A stretch of 64,000 nt of DNA from Eledone cirrhosa (taxonomy: Eukaryota), in contig OZ024741.1 in NCBI GenBank assembly GCA_964016885.1, positions 357,616,001 through 357,680,000 of the forward strand, in the 5' to 3' direction. The notes beneath the pieces were generated by a model. The model saw only the letters and a list, made by a program, of their open reading frames with translations. It made no database searches and had not been told where the DNA came from. Shown piece after piece: positions 1 to 13,144 of the stretch (the stretch's first letter is position 1; every line of letters starts with the position of its first letter). The position numbers were made by a program, and so were the translations under genes.

Positions 1-86
1 TATATTTATTTATTTATATATATATATATATTTATTTATATATATATATATATATATTTATTTATATATATATTTATTTATATATA

Positions 87-119
<33 letters not shown>

Positions 120-130
120 TTATTTATATA

Positions 131-169
<39 letters not shown>

Positions 170-658
170 TTATATATATATATATATATTTATTTATATA
201 TATTTATATATATATATATATATATTTATTTATATATATATATATATATATTTATTTATATATATATATATATATTTATTTATATATATATATATATATT
301 TATTTATATATATATATATATTTATTTATATATATATATATATTTATTTATATATATATATATATTTATTTATATATATATATATATTTATTTATATATA
401 TATATATATTTATTTATATATATATATATTTATTTATTTATATATATATATATTTATTTATTTATATATATATATATATATTTATTTATATATATATATA
501 TATTTATTTATATATATATATATTTATTTATATATATATATATATATTTATTTATATATATATATATATATTTATTTATATATATATATATATATTTATT
601 TATATATATATATATATTTATTTATATATATATATTTATTTATATATATATATTTATT

Positions 659-689
<31 letters not shown>

Positions 690-716
690 ATATTTATTTA
701 TATATATATATTTATT

Positions 717-801
<85 letters not shown>

Positions 802-860
802 ATATTTATTTATATATATATATATTTATTTATTTATTTATATATATATATATATATTTA

Positions 861-895
<35 letters not shown>

Positions 896-1032
896 TTATT
901 TATATATATATATATTTATTTATTTATATATATATATATATTTATATATATTTATTTATATATATATTTATTTATTTATTTATTTATATATATATATTTA
1001 TTTATATATATATTTATTTATATATATATATA
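1..1032. repeat. (TA)n microsatellite with interspersed TTTA/ATTT variants
   Basis: Pure A/T low-complexity array visible directly. Confidence 0.97.
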
Positions 1033-3227
1033 TAATCATCACCATCATCATATATATATATGTATTGTAAATATAGTTGGCATTAGGAAGGGCCTCTAGC
1101 CATAGAAACCAAGTCAAGAACAGGACAACTCATCTAACCAATGCTAAAATGAAAAATTGACATTAAACGGTGATTATGATGATAGTGATATATATTTCGG
1201 AATACAAAAAATATCAAACGACAACGCAGGAGTACAAGTTACAAATGGTACTAGGTTCACGCTAAGTGAGTGAGGTGTGTGGGTGTGACGTATAAGGAGG
1301 GTATACATGTGTGTGTAAAAAGACCTATATCAAATAATTTCTAAGTATCATAACATATTTAAAAATTTGTTTTTCCTTCTGATCATCATATAAAGAATTA
1401 CTATCATTGTCTTCTTTAGTTTTATCACAATTGTTTGAAGTCCTCATTGTTTGTTCTTATTTACTTTGATTATAGCAGCACCACCACCACCTCACTTCAC
1501 AGCCATTTGATAGGTCTGCTCTGCAACATCTGTTGCCATAGTTAGTGCTGGAAGGTGTTTTAATTCTTTTGTTACCATATTTCTAATGAAAGACACTGCC
1601 TTTAAGTTTCAAATTATTTTGTAAAATAATCAGATTTGGTGGGAATTAGAGATATAACTAACTTTCATGTTATTAAGCAGATGTTTGAAACGTAACTTAT
1701 CAAAGATTCTTACATAAATTATGATGGATTGTATTTTAAAACAAACAGTTGTGTATTATAGAATCAGGAGTGGTTTTAGAAGGGTTGATATATGTACCAG
1801 TGCATAAGTGTTCCAAGTATGGTTTCAAAATAGGATCATCATCATCATTTTTTTCCCATGCTTGCATTGGTTGGATGTATTGAAACACCTCCACCATTTT
1901 ATAACATGAACTGAGTGTATTTTATTATGCCACTGGCACTGAAGAGACGGCATGCTATATGACTAAAATGTCATCTCTACCCTATATCAATTTTTATTTG
2001 AAGTGACTGCCCTCTGCTGTGGGTTTTCCTACAATGCAAGGAGTCCACATTTTTAATTGTTTTTTTTTTGTTTTTTTTTATGCCCTTTATAATACTTGTT
2101 TCTACTTTAGGCACAAGGCCAGCAATGACCCAGTGCATTACTGGTATTTTATTTTAAAATAATGGCAGCTACATAGGGGAAAGGAACAAGGTGATGTTAT
2201 ATATGTGGATTAATGAAGTAGCAATGTGCTGTAAACATTGGGAACCACTGAGGGCTTTGTTTTAGTAGTCAAGAATAAATGCACAGGAGAGCTTTCCTAT
2301 TGCTTTTTGATTGTGGTTGGCATTAGGAAAGGTATTCATCTGTAGACATCATGACAAAAATAGGTTCCGAAGATTTTTGAGTTTTGTCAGGAACATGAAA
2401 ACTTCCCTAGTGTTGGTACTATGATATAATGCATCCAGTACATCCTGTAAAACAGTTGGTATTAGGAAGGACATCCAGCTTTACAACATGGAAAAACGGA
2501 CTTTAAATGATGATGGTGGTGATACACTTTAAAATCAGTAGCTTTGTATCATAGAACCAGAGGTGATTTGGTATTGTTTCGGTCAGCCATGAGAGTACAG
2601 TGGATAATCACCTCCATCAATTGAAAGTATAACCTGGATTGACCTATAAGGATTACAAGCTTTGTTAACTATTAGTTTCTTATAAAGATTTATGAAGTAG
2701 GGAAAACATGGAATGTTGCAATTTACATGTCATTGAAAGTGGCTTTGGCAACATAAATAATATGGAAATGGTTTTATTTGGGATTCATAAACCAGGTTAC
2801 ATCATGATCGTAACAACTTCCACATACTAGAAACTTTTATGCAATTATTCAGTCAGTATGGAAGTTGGGGAAAAACAACAAGGACCCTAAAAAATAAATA
2901 AAACAATATTTGAACAATGTCTAATAGCTATTTTGTTTGTGTATTAGAAATCAATGCCTAATTTGGTTTGCTACTTTCTCTGAAATTTTCAAAATTTTTA
3001 CAGCATGGACATTTTTAATGAGAAGCCAGTGAAGATTTCACAAGAATCCTACTTTAGGTTATTCATTAATGATGTCTTTTAGTCAGTAATTTAATTTCAC
3101 CAATAATTATTATAATGTTTAAAAGAAGATAAAAATATCTCTTAATAAAAATTTTCCTGTAATTTTTTCTCTTTAACATTTTTGTTTTTTTTTTAAATTT
3201 TATTTCCCTTCATTCTTTTAATTTGTT

Positions 3228-3271
<44 letters not shown>

Positions 3272-4192
3272 TGATTTAATATAAGTCTTCATGGCTGCAG
3301 GCATGCCTAAGTGATTAAGAAATTTGCTTTGCAATCATGAGGTCTCGGGTTCAACCCCACTGTATGGCATCTTGGACCAGTGTGATTTTTTTTTTTTCCT
3401 AGCCCCGCGTTGACCCAAGCCTTATGAGTGAAATTGGGTAGCCAAAGACTGTGCAAGCCCATCAGATAGATTGTAACTGTAACTCAAAGGTCCAGCTTAA
3501 TCACTATTGTCATGTTGATTCTGTCTAGGAATCTTGGGCAAGTTTCTTTACCATAGCCTCAAGTTGACCCAAGCCTTGTGAGGGAAATTTGATAGATAGA
3601 AACTGTGAGGAAAATCATATCAGATGAATTGTACTTATAATTCAAAGGTTCAGCCAAAAATGGACTCTATGAAACAAAACCACCTATTTGAAATGGTTCC
3701 TAATAAAATTACAAAACTTCTAACATAACTTTATATGAGCTATGTTAAGTTATTATTTTAGTAATGGAATGATTAGTAATTTTAATATGTACCTCAAAAT
3801 TATTTGTGTAATTAATTAAAAAAGGGTTAAAGATGCACTTCTCTATGAAATATTTAACCGTGTTAATTATAAAGTAATTCGCAGAATTTCAGTTCATCAT
3901 CATCATCATAAGTTGTTATACATGGCTTCTTTATATAATTCCCTTTCCTCCTCCTCTTTCACTATCCATTTTGTGTTCTAATAATTTCTATTGTACTATT
4001 TTCATTCTGGTATCTTTGATTATTTTTTTGCATTTCTTTTTCTTTTTTCCCTTTTTCTCTTCTCTCTTTTTCTTTTAAAATCTCTTGCTAATGTGGTTTC
4101 ATGTGGTACAAGACGTTAAGAGTTAGAAGTAGTTATATTTTTCTTGATTCCTTCCATCAGGATTTTTAAGGACCTTTGTTATTTTCCAAACA

Positions 4193-4229
<37 letters not shown>

Positions 4230-4232
<3 letters not shown>

Positions 4233-4678
4233 AGGGCGGGTAAAATTCCTGAGATCCATGTGCGAGTTCTCGCCAGCGGTCTCTGTCCCTCATTATTGCT
4301 GCCATGTCCTGCGTCTCCAAGAGACCAGTGTCTGTCCTTAACATATGTTAACCTTGGTCTTCCTCTTCCAGTGTGTCCATGTAGGGGCTCCCACAGGAGC
4401 ACTGAGTGCAATGTCGGTGAGCATGTCCAGCTAACCTCAGTCTCCTCTGTGACACTTTTGAGCTGACTTTTGGGAGGCTCTGAGTTTTTCATCCTCAGTG
4501 TATACTGATTAATGTTCAGAGCCATCCTCAGCATTCTCGTGTAGCACCCATCCACCATCTGAGTGAGTTTCTTGGTCAGTGTCCAAGTCTCAGACCCGTA
4601 CAGCAGCACAGATTCCACTACAGCAAGGAGGGGCAGATTTTCAGGTCTTTACGAAGGTCCGACTTCCACACCGATCTC
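4230..4678 (-). mobile_element. RTE/RTEX-like LINE, 3' segment of ORF (decayed)
   Basis: Minus translation VWKSDLRKDLKI..VESVLLYGSETWTLTKKLTQMVDGCYTRMLRMALNI..HGHTGRGRPRLTY, typical post-RT region of RTE-group LINEs; abuts (TA)n at ~4195-4228. Confidence 0.85.
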
Positions 4679-4925
4679 TGGCTTTACTGTAGCACTGGCT
4701 CAGAGCAGGAGAGTTAAGGCAAAAAAGATATCGGATGCTGAATTTGCCGACGACATAGTTTTGGTGACAAATACAGTGAAGGAGGCAGAGGATTTGATGC
4801 AGGAGGTTGAGACTGTGTCGATGAGTGTGGGGCTGAGAATGAATGAGAGGCTGAGAATGAATGAGACTAAAACAAAATATCTGGTAGAGAATGTTGAGAA
4901 GCCAGAGGGGATCACATCTTTGACG
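4679..4925 (+). mobile_element. Inverted RT-core segment of the same RTE/RTEX-like LINE
   Basis: Plus translation GFTVALAQSRRVKAKKISDAEFADDIVLV..GLRMNETKTKY (FADD catalytic motif); 18-bp tandem duplication at ~4831-4866; followed by (TA)n. Confidence 0.85.
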
Positions 4926-4965
4926 CTGAGAAATATGGTATATATACATATATGGTATATATACA

Positions 4966-5003
<38 letters not shown>

Positions 5004-6524
5004 GATAAAGTTAGTTACATTACTAACTTTCTCATAAAGAACTGATTTTGACTTTGTTTCTATTGCTAGGGACTTTGATGGGAAAGGTGTGTGGGGATTA
5101 GGGTGGTGGGTATATGGGCGGAGTGTTAGGACATAGGAGATGTATGAAAGGGGAGATGAAGGTGAAGGTGGTGCATACTAGATGTATGCTTCAGCCTGTG
5201 CTCATGGAGGTATTTAGAATAGGTACACTGTATTCCTGCATGTTTTAAGAAGTGACTAAATGTGTTTGTGTCAGGAATGGCATCTGGCTATAAAACATTG
5301 CTTCAAAACGTTTCATCCAACCCATGCCAGCATGGAAAAGTTGACATAAAAATGTTGATATGCCAACCTATCCAGCCCAAGTCAGCACTGATCACTACTA
5401 ATAAACAAAGTTAGAAACTTTACTAACATCAGATATAAGCTATCATGAAATATGAAAGCAATTTTATCTGACAATTGGTCTTAGTGTTTTTAGGAAGACA
5501 CCCACTTTATGATAGAATTTTTATTTATGTATTTCTTTTTTTTTTCTTGTTTAATTTCTAGAATTCTAACTTTGTTAGCGTGTAACTATAGCTTGTCAGG
5601 TATTTCATTGTTGTGATTTTGATTGTTAACTCTTAACATCCTTTTCGACGTGGAACAACATTAGAAAGACATTTATGAAAAGTAAACATCACTATTATTG
5701 CATCATATTGAAACTTAAAAGGTTTACTTTGGTTTACTGAAAATTTTCACAATTTATCCATTAGTAATTTTGTTCTACAAAAGTTTGAAGTAAGAAACCT
5801 GTTTTTAGATATTTTCTTTTAGAGAAGGAAAGAGAATGAGAAGAATTGGCCTTAGTTCTGGAGTGGTACTGTTTTATCGACCTTGAAAGGCAAGGTTAAC
5901 CTCGGTGGGGTTTGAACTCAGAGCGCAGAGAGCCAGAATTTTGCAAAGTAATCTATTTGATGTTCTAATGACTGCCAATTTGCAACCTATTTTTCAAAAA
6001 TAAACGTCAACTAAAAATGATTTTTTTTTTTTTTTTTTTTTTTTCTTTAAACCTTTTTTCCCCTCACTGAACCAGTTTCTATTGCCTGTCTGTAGTAATG
6101 TCTTTATGACAGAATCAATACTACAACTTCCTGTCCCCATCTCCATTCTCTTTCTAACTCTTTAAGTTTCATGTTTCATGAAGGAATCATTATCATTGTA
6201 ATAGTAATAAACATGTCTTTCTTATCTGTTACATTTCAGGAGGTGATACTCAGAGTAATTACAAGGTGAATTAAATCTTTTTCCTGCTTACTGCTGCGAT
6301 TGTGTCAGTCTTTGGAAGGTACAAATATTATTTTACTTTTAATTCTTTTCAGAAAAAAAAAACAACAGATGTTTTTGATGGTATTTCATATTAGATCTTT
6401 GTGCTATTTGTTCTATTTGTCAATATAATCGATTTTCCTCATCCTCCTAATTGCTGGCTCTCTCTCTGCCTAAATTATGAAACATTATTTTATATCAGTA
6501 TGTATCGATATATGTATGGTCCCG

Positions 6525-6866
6525 TAACTCATGATGGAGTCGTAGGGGTGCCGCGTTGACATATAGTGTTTCTAGGGCATTTCAAACCTGGCGGAGCCCA
6601 TCTCCTCTCCAGACATGAATTCAACAGATTTCTTCCAGAGAAAGATAGAAAGCGAGATAGAAAGCGAGAGAGAAAGGAAGTGAGAAAGAGATATAGAAGA
6701 ATCAACCCCAGTACTTGACTGGTATTTTTTTAATTTTTTTTATTGAACTTGAATAGATGAAAGCCAAAGTTGACCTCGGCAGGATTTTAACTCAAAGAGT
6801 AGAAAGCTGAAACGAATACCGCAAAGCATTCTATCCAATGTTCTAATAACTCTGCCAATTCGCCAC
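6525..6866 (-). mobile_element. Composite tRNA-derived SINE (head + core + CT-rich spacer + distinct tail)
   Basis: Minus-strand head/core shared with other SINEs in the window; ~115-bp tail (gagcccatctcctctcca..) recurs in the same context at ~44935-45245 and ~61455-61700. Confidence 0.6.
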
Positions 6867-6867
6867 C

Positions 6868-6985
6868 TATATTTTATATTGGTCAAATGCTTTGTAGTAT
6901 TTGTTTTGGTGCCTTACATTTTGAAACCTAATCCCACCAAGGTTAACTTTGCCATTTATCCTTCCAATACTTGGGCTAATATAAT

Positions 6986-7016
<31 letters not shown>

Positions 7017-7062
7017 CTCCCCGCTTCCTAGAAATTGCTGGCCTTGTGCCAATTAGAAATCA
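6868..7062 (+). mobile_element. tRNA-derived SINE, decayed copy
   Basis: ggttaactttgccatttatccttcc core and gctggccttgtgccaattagaaatcatta tail match the window's main SINE family. Confidence 0.65.
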
Positions 7063-7945
7063 TTATTTTAATATATTGATGATACATATCATCGTCATTG
7101 TTTTTATTTCCATGCTGGTATAGATTGCGATGAGATTTTGTTAATTCAAATGTTTATAGTACCTTTATTAGTGGACAGATTATTGTACAAATTTATAGTA
7201 TTAAATACAGTAAAAACTTTAATTTTTAATGTGGTGCAGTCATAGTGGTGTTTTTCACTTTTTAAGAATGTCTAGCTAATGTGGTTTTAAGTTCCATGTT
7301 AATATGAATTTTTCTGCAAACCCTTAATATTTTAAACATCTGTTTACTCAACAAACGCATGGACATGCAGTACTATCTTTGTGAGTGTTGTAGGGAAAAA
7401 ACCCTGAACACCCCTGTGTAACTAAAAGTGGACTAGGCAAAATATCAATAAATAACTGAAGTGAACTGTCAGGTAGACTGTGTATGTAGTCTTTCGTTGG
7501 TAGTTTGAAATTACGACTGGTGAATACTTTGGTTTTACCCCCTCATTCATACAGATATACAAAACAGGTGTGTCACCATAACAATGGGTCTCCATGTAAC
7601 ATGAAAATATTAGGTAGAAATAAGTTAATAAGAGGTTTCAAAATATTTTTATTGAAAGATTTTCTATTTTCATTTTTTAAAATAATTTAATATATGCTTG
7701 TTTTTTCTTTTAATTTGTTTCTTAGTAACTTCAATATTTTCAGATAAGAATAATTAAATTCATGCAGTGTCATCTGAATCTTTTCACAATCATTTAAGGA
7801 TTGTTGTTGTCACTTGTCACTGATTATTCCAAAACTTAATTTTCTACATTTAGGTGAAAATTGAGTAATATATTTAAACTTTTATACAAGAGTATATGAT
7901 GTTTATTTATTTTTTTTTTTTTTGGTAACATTGACATAGTTTTAA

Positions 7946-8127
7946 ATAATTGTTTCTACTTTTGGCACAAGGCCAGCAATTATTCCAGTGTATTACTGGT
8001 ACTTTATTTTATTGACCCCGTAAGGATGAAAGGCAAAGTTAACCTCGGCGGGATTTGAACTCAGAATGGCAAGGGCCATAACTCTTTGCTGCAAAGCATG
8101 GCTTCAGACCCTCTACTGATACTGCCA
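7946..8127 (-). mobile_element. tRNA-derived SINE with Meta-like core
   Basis: Minus strand: tggcagtatcagtagag (A box), gagttcaaatcc (B box), gcctttcatccttacggggtcaataaaataaagtaccag core, gccttgtgccaaaagtagaaacaatta tail. Confidence 0.85.
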
Positions 8128-8504
8128 TCCACTGCAATGGCTTCTGATTTAGGCACAAGGCCAACAATTTTTGTGGAGGGGAAAGTCAATTAAATTGACC
8201 CCAGTGCATTACTGGTGCTTTATGTTATCGACCCTGTAAGGATGAAAGGCAAAGCAAACCTCAACGGGTTTTGTTTTTCATCCTGCAAGGTGTCCAAAAT
8301 CCTCCTCCTTGCCAAGCAAGCTTGGTCGGATTGCCGGTTTACTCGCCGACAACCTGACCATGCAAAGGTTGTACTCGGTTACATGTTACCAGGAGTGCTG
8401 AAGAGTGACCTGACATACATACAAAAATATTACCTCCTTTTGTATCATCTATGTATACACTTTCTAGATGTGTAATGCCTATATGTGTGAAAGTGCTTGT
8501 GTGT

Positions 8505-8820
8505 ATTATCATCATCATCACTGTTTTACGTCCATTTTTCCACACTAACATGGGTTAAGATGGACTGTCCTTTTTGTGGGCAATGCCAGGTCAGGTGACC
8601 ATGTCATGCTCATACAGAACTGATTTTGTCTTGATTTCTACAGCTGAATGCCCTTCCTAACACCAACCTCATTTACAGTGAGTACTGGGTGCTTTTTACC
8701 GTGGCATCTGCATGACCACTTTACAGTGTGGACTGGGTGCTTTTTTTTTTGTCGTGACACCTACACGACCACTTTACAGTAGACAGGGGTTTGGGGCATA
8801 TTGTCTATATGCTTCAGCTT
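8505..8820 (-). mobile_element. Ceph-SINE-like / RTE 3'-tail repeat ending in (GAT)n
   Basis: Contains ttggtgttaggaagggca..cagctgtagaaa and cccatgttagtgtggaaaaatggacgtaaaac(GAT)n; many related copies in the window. Confidence 0.75.
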
Positions 8821-9507
8821 AAGGATACATCATGCCACTTATTCTAGGGATTGAATTCACAACTTTATGATTGTGAACACAATATCCTAACCTATATCTG
8901 ATTTCTATATCTCAATTTCTTTAGTTGAGAATGTTCTGCATTCTTCTTTTATATTTGAGCAGTTGCTGTTAGCCTTGGCTTCTAGCTTAAAATACTTCAA
9001 TCATTCAAATCCTGCCATGGTTAAATTTGCTTTTCATCCTTTCTGGGTCAATAAAATAAATTATCAGTCCAGGGTGACATATTGGCAGAATTATTAGTGT
9101 GTCAAATGAAATGCCTTGTGGTATTTGTTCTGAGTTCAAATCCTGAAGATAGCTTCCACCCTCTTTGATACCAGTTTCAGAGACTTTCAAAATAGCCGTA
9201 AGCTCTGCTTTTCATTCCCGAATTAAACAGTAAAGAAATTTTGTTATACAATCCAAATTTGTTGAACCATCCAATTTAGTTGCCCACAAGGAGAATCGTA
9301 GAAGATGCTTGCTAAAAACACTCAGAAGTTGAATGTATTCTTTCAATCATCAGCATTTAACACCTGCTTCTCCCTGTCAGCAAGAGTTGGAGAGGTTATT
9401 GCCAACCAAGTCAGTACTTAATCAGTGCTACTAACCTCACACACGAGCCAGGGGGCTTGTATTTCACTTACAAACTGGACCAGGTGTATTTTATCTTGAC
9501 ACCAGCT

Positions 9508-9732
9508 TTAACCCTTTAGCATTCAAACCGGCTGTATCCGGCCAGAATTCTCTCACCTCTTTCTGTTCAAACCAGCTGTAACTGGCCACTCATACTGATG
9601 TTAAAGTATTGTTCTTGAAATAAATATCAAAATCTCATAGATTTGATATTATGTGAGGTAAAGCCTTTACTGTGAAAATACAATGGTAAATATAATAGTA
9701 TATATAGAACAATGTAAATGCTAAAGGGTTAA
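9508..9732 (+). mobile_element. piggyBac-type MITE, ~220 bp
   Basis: TTAA|CCCTTTAGCATT ... AATGCTAAAGGG|TTAA: terminal inverted repeats with TTAA duplication; 7 copies seen in window. Confidence 0.9.
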
Positions 9733-10213
9733 GGAAGATGAGATGGCTTTGACAATTGAAGAAACCTCCTTACTGTTAGGCATCCAGCCATAAAAAACTT
9801 GCCATTCTTATCACTTTACAGTGTGTTTGGGCAGATCTAACCAACAACAGATATTACAAAATGACCCATGAACCTTTTTGAACTTAAGTGTGCTTGGTGC
9901 AGCTTCAAGATTTTAGTTTTTGTAAGACAACTCTGGTTAACCAGGACTGGGTCATATGTATTACAAAGTGACCTATACTAAGTATATCCTAGGTTTTGAA
10001 CAAAAATGTCTATATGTTGTTTACTTATAGGATAAGATAAAAAGCTATATCAAACATGAAAGGATAAAAAGCTTTGTCAAACATGAAAGGGTTGGAACTC
10101 TGAGATATATGTTACTGAACAACATGCCTGTCATTGAATCTATAACACTACCTTTAATCAACAGTTCCGCCTTTTGTAGTAGTAATAGTAGTAGTGGTAG
10201 AAATGCAGTGAAA

Positions 10214-10332
10214 TAATTGTTTCTACTTTTGGCACAAGGCCAGCAATTACCCAGTGCATTACTAGTACTTTATTTTATCGACCCCGTAAAGATGAAAGGC
10301 AAAGTTAACTTCGGCGGGATTTGAACTCAGAA
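10214..10332 (-). mobile_element. tRNA-derived SINE (B box + core + tail)
   Basis: Near-identical to 7946-8065. Confidence 0.8.
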
Positions 10333-10560
10333 ATGCAGTGAAATAATGGTTTCTAATTTAGGCATACGACTAGCAAATATTTGTTTGATTTCATCAACCC
10401 CAGTACTTTACTGGTACTTTACTTTATTGATTCCAGAAAGTTAACCGTGGCAGGATTTCAACTCAGAAAGTGCAAAGCCAGTATAAATACCACAAAGTTT
10501 TTTGTCCAATTCCAACAAAACATATCATATAAATTATTGAAGCATTGAAAGTGTTTGAAA

Positions 10561-10880
10561 TTTGAAAATGTGAGAGTCCCAAATCTGGAAAATAACTGCA
10601 ATAAAAGTCAATTACTGTTATAACAGTTATTTTCTGTTTGAAACTCTCACATTTTTAAAAACAAATGTTTTTCTCACTAGTAGCAGAATATGTTGAGATT
10701 AGAGAAATCTGGAACAAATATTGACAGAACTCAACTATTATCTACAGTGATCAACTGTTATCCCAGTTATTTTTTGCTTTTGGGACTCTCAAATTAAAAA
10801 AATAAATATGTTTTTCTCACCAATAGCAGAATGTGTTGAGATTAGAGAGATCTGGAAAAAATAAACTTATTGACAGAAAT
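10561..10880. repeat. Palindromic ~100-bp unit with ~160-bp direct duplication
   Basis: aaaatgtgagagt/actctcacatttt and ggaaaataactg/cagttattttct inverted pairs; ~10610-10725 duplicated at ~10750-10878. Confidence 0.7.
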
Positions 10881-11765
10881 AGTCATGTAAATTGAATGAG
10901 TAAAAGCAAGTTGTATTTCACATAAACAAAATTGTTGCAGGTTATAAACTTAAAAGCTAATCTTTTGGAACTTACTTGAAAATGCATCAAAAGGAAACAT
11001 GCAAGGTGTTTATATACTTAAGGTAACAGACTGGCAGGTATGTAATAGGTGCATCGTTGGATGTACTTAGAAAACTAAGGATTAGTTGGAAATGAAAGGA
11101 TATTTAGCTGTGACCAAGTATGTGTCAATTGTTTGTCTCGGAATGTCATTGTAAAGAAATGCATCTCGAATCTGTTATTGTTTTTTATTATTTTAAATAA
11201 AAAAGAAAGAACTTTTCCTAAACTTAGTCAAATAACTTTCTTTAACACAAAAATGAACAATAATTTAAGAATGCTGAAGAAAATCTCCTTGTTCCTAATG
11301 GAATGGACTGCCATTAGTTTTGACGATGAGTGTCCCAGTTATTTGATAAATGATACAGCATACTTGTGAAATTAACATGCAAGTGACTGAACATTCAAGA
11401 AACATATGTTCTCTTATTGTAATTCTCAAGAAGATTCAGTGTCACACAATGTGTATCAATGCTGGCCCCTTGAATTACAAAGCAAACTCCTTAACCATTC
11501 AACCATGCTGCACTCTTGATAAATACAGCAGAACAGACATAAAGGTGGATTGTTCCTATCTGAAAGGCTTTGATTTCTTAGCGTGGAAGATAGATGTTAA
11601 ACAACAATAATGATGATGATGATGCATACATAACTGCGTGATAAAGAAGTTAGCTTTGCAATTAAGTGGTTTTAGGTTCAATCCTACTGCATTTTGTCAT
11701 GTTGCTAGTACGAGCATCTTACAGGGTGGACTGGTGCTTTTTGTCATGTCACCAGCATGACCACC

Positions 11766-11884
<119 letters not shown>

Positions 11885-11989
11885 CACAGATAAATCAGGA
11901 AACAATTAATGGATAATAAAAACAGCATTTTATATATAACAAATTAATATATTTCAATGAAACTTTATACAGTTAGACACATATATAAG

Positions 11990-12215
11990 GTACAAATATC
12001 ACTTGATGTGGCCACCATTTTTCCAGGTGGGACCAGAAGCTGGAATAGGCCTTGGCGATGGTGTCCCTATACATGTTGGCCATGGAGTCTCTGATGACTG
12101 CCTTGAGAGCCTTCTTGGTGTTGTAGGGCCTGCTGTTCAGCTCTCTCTTCAAGACGCCCGACATAAAATAGTTGAGAAGATTACAGTTTGGCGATGAGGG
12201 GAGGAGGGGGGGGGG
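11990..12215 (-). mobile_element. DD37D/maT-type transposase C-terminal fragment (decayed)
   Basis: PSSPNCNLLNYFMSGVLKRELNSRPYNTKKALKAVIRDSMANM resembles the WPPSSPDCNPLD region at 26750-26830. Confidence 0.7.
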
Positions 12216-13099
12216 GGGCATAAGTTGGGCGACCTGTGGTATGGCACATTGGCAAAGAGCCAGGCCTAGGTTCATACACACATAATATGTGTGTATATAT
12301 AATGATGGCGACATGGTTAAAAGCACCCAGTACTCCCTGTAAATAAGGTTGGCGTTAGGAAGGGCATCCAGCTGTAGAAACCAAGCCAAAATTAGTTCTG
12401 TATGAGCAAGAAGTGGTGACTTGACCTAACATTACCCACAACAGAACAACTTGTCTGACCCATGCCAGCATGGAATGTATTTATGTAACTTAGTGGTCCA
12501 ACAAAGAGAATTTAAATTTAAGTACTGAAGTCAATGTGATTGACTAAATCTCTTCAAGGCAGTGCTCCAGCATATCCATAATCTAATGACAAACCAATAA
12601 AAGAATAATGATTGTCTGTTGCCTAAAGGTAAAAAATACTTTCATTTGTAGTTTGTAGAGCAAAATAATTTATTATATATATGTTTTTTAATCTGCAAGG
12701 ATGAAAGATAATTTGGCTTCAGTGGGATTTCAACTCAGAAAGAAGAGAGCCAGTACATATGTTAAAATACAGTATTTTGCTAGTATTCTAATAGCTTCAC
12801 TGCAATATAAAAAATCAAAAAATCTGGCTATGTTGGATGAATGTTGGGGACAGCAAAAACGTTTTTTTTTTTTTCCTCCTGTTCAGTTTGTCTGTCTGAA
12901 ATGTGAATTCAATGAGTTTTATTGGTGTTGAATGTGTCGTCGGTAAAGGCTATAATGATGGTTGTTAATGCAAATATACTTAGCGGAGGTAATATTAAAA
13001 GTATATTAACATAATTGCTGCTTCATCTTGTCCTCAGCTTTGAAATTACTAAAGGAAGTTAAGTCACAATGTCAGTTAGTTGCATTATTAGCTTGAAGT

Positions 13100-13144
13100 T
13101 CATGGACTAAAATTTTCGCTGACTTCACGTGGAGTTGCTGCTGC
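13100..13144 (-). CDS. Candidate terminal coding exon (AAATPREVSENFSP* if phase 0)
   Basis: Minus-strand acceptor ttttctattttgcag|, non-repetitive sequence, AATAAA ~180 nt after the stop (plus 12918-12923). Phase and upstream exons unknown. Confidence 0.4.
   Translation of the reverse strand, partial: AAATPREVSENFSP

Noticed and set aside
6240-6318. AG/GT-bounded segment encoding signal-peptide-like IFFLLTAAIVSVFG, with a possible upstream exon at 5561-5598
   Set aside because: In-frame TAA immediately upstream and no ATG; could be a UTR or pseudo-exon but is unsupported.
7946-8127. A/B boxes suggesting tRNA genes
   Set aside because: No cloverleaf; the boxes are fused to SINE core and tail in all copies.
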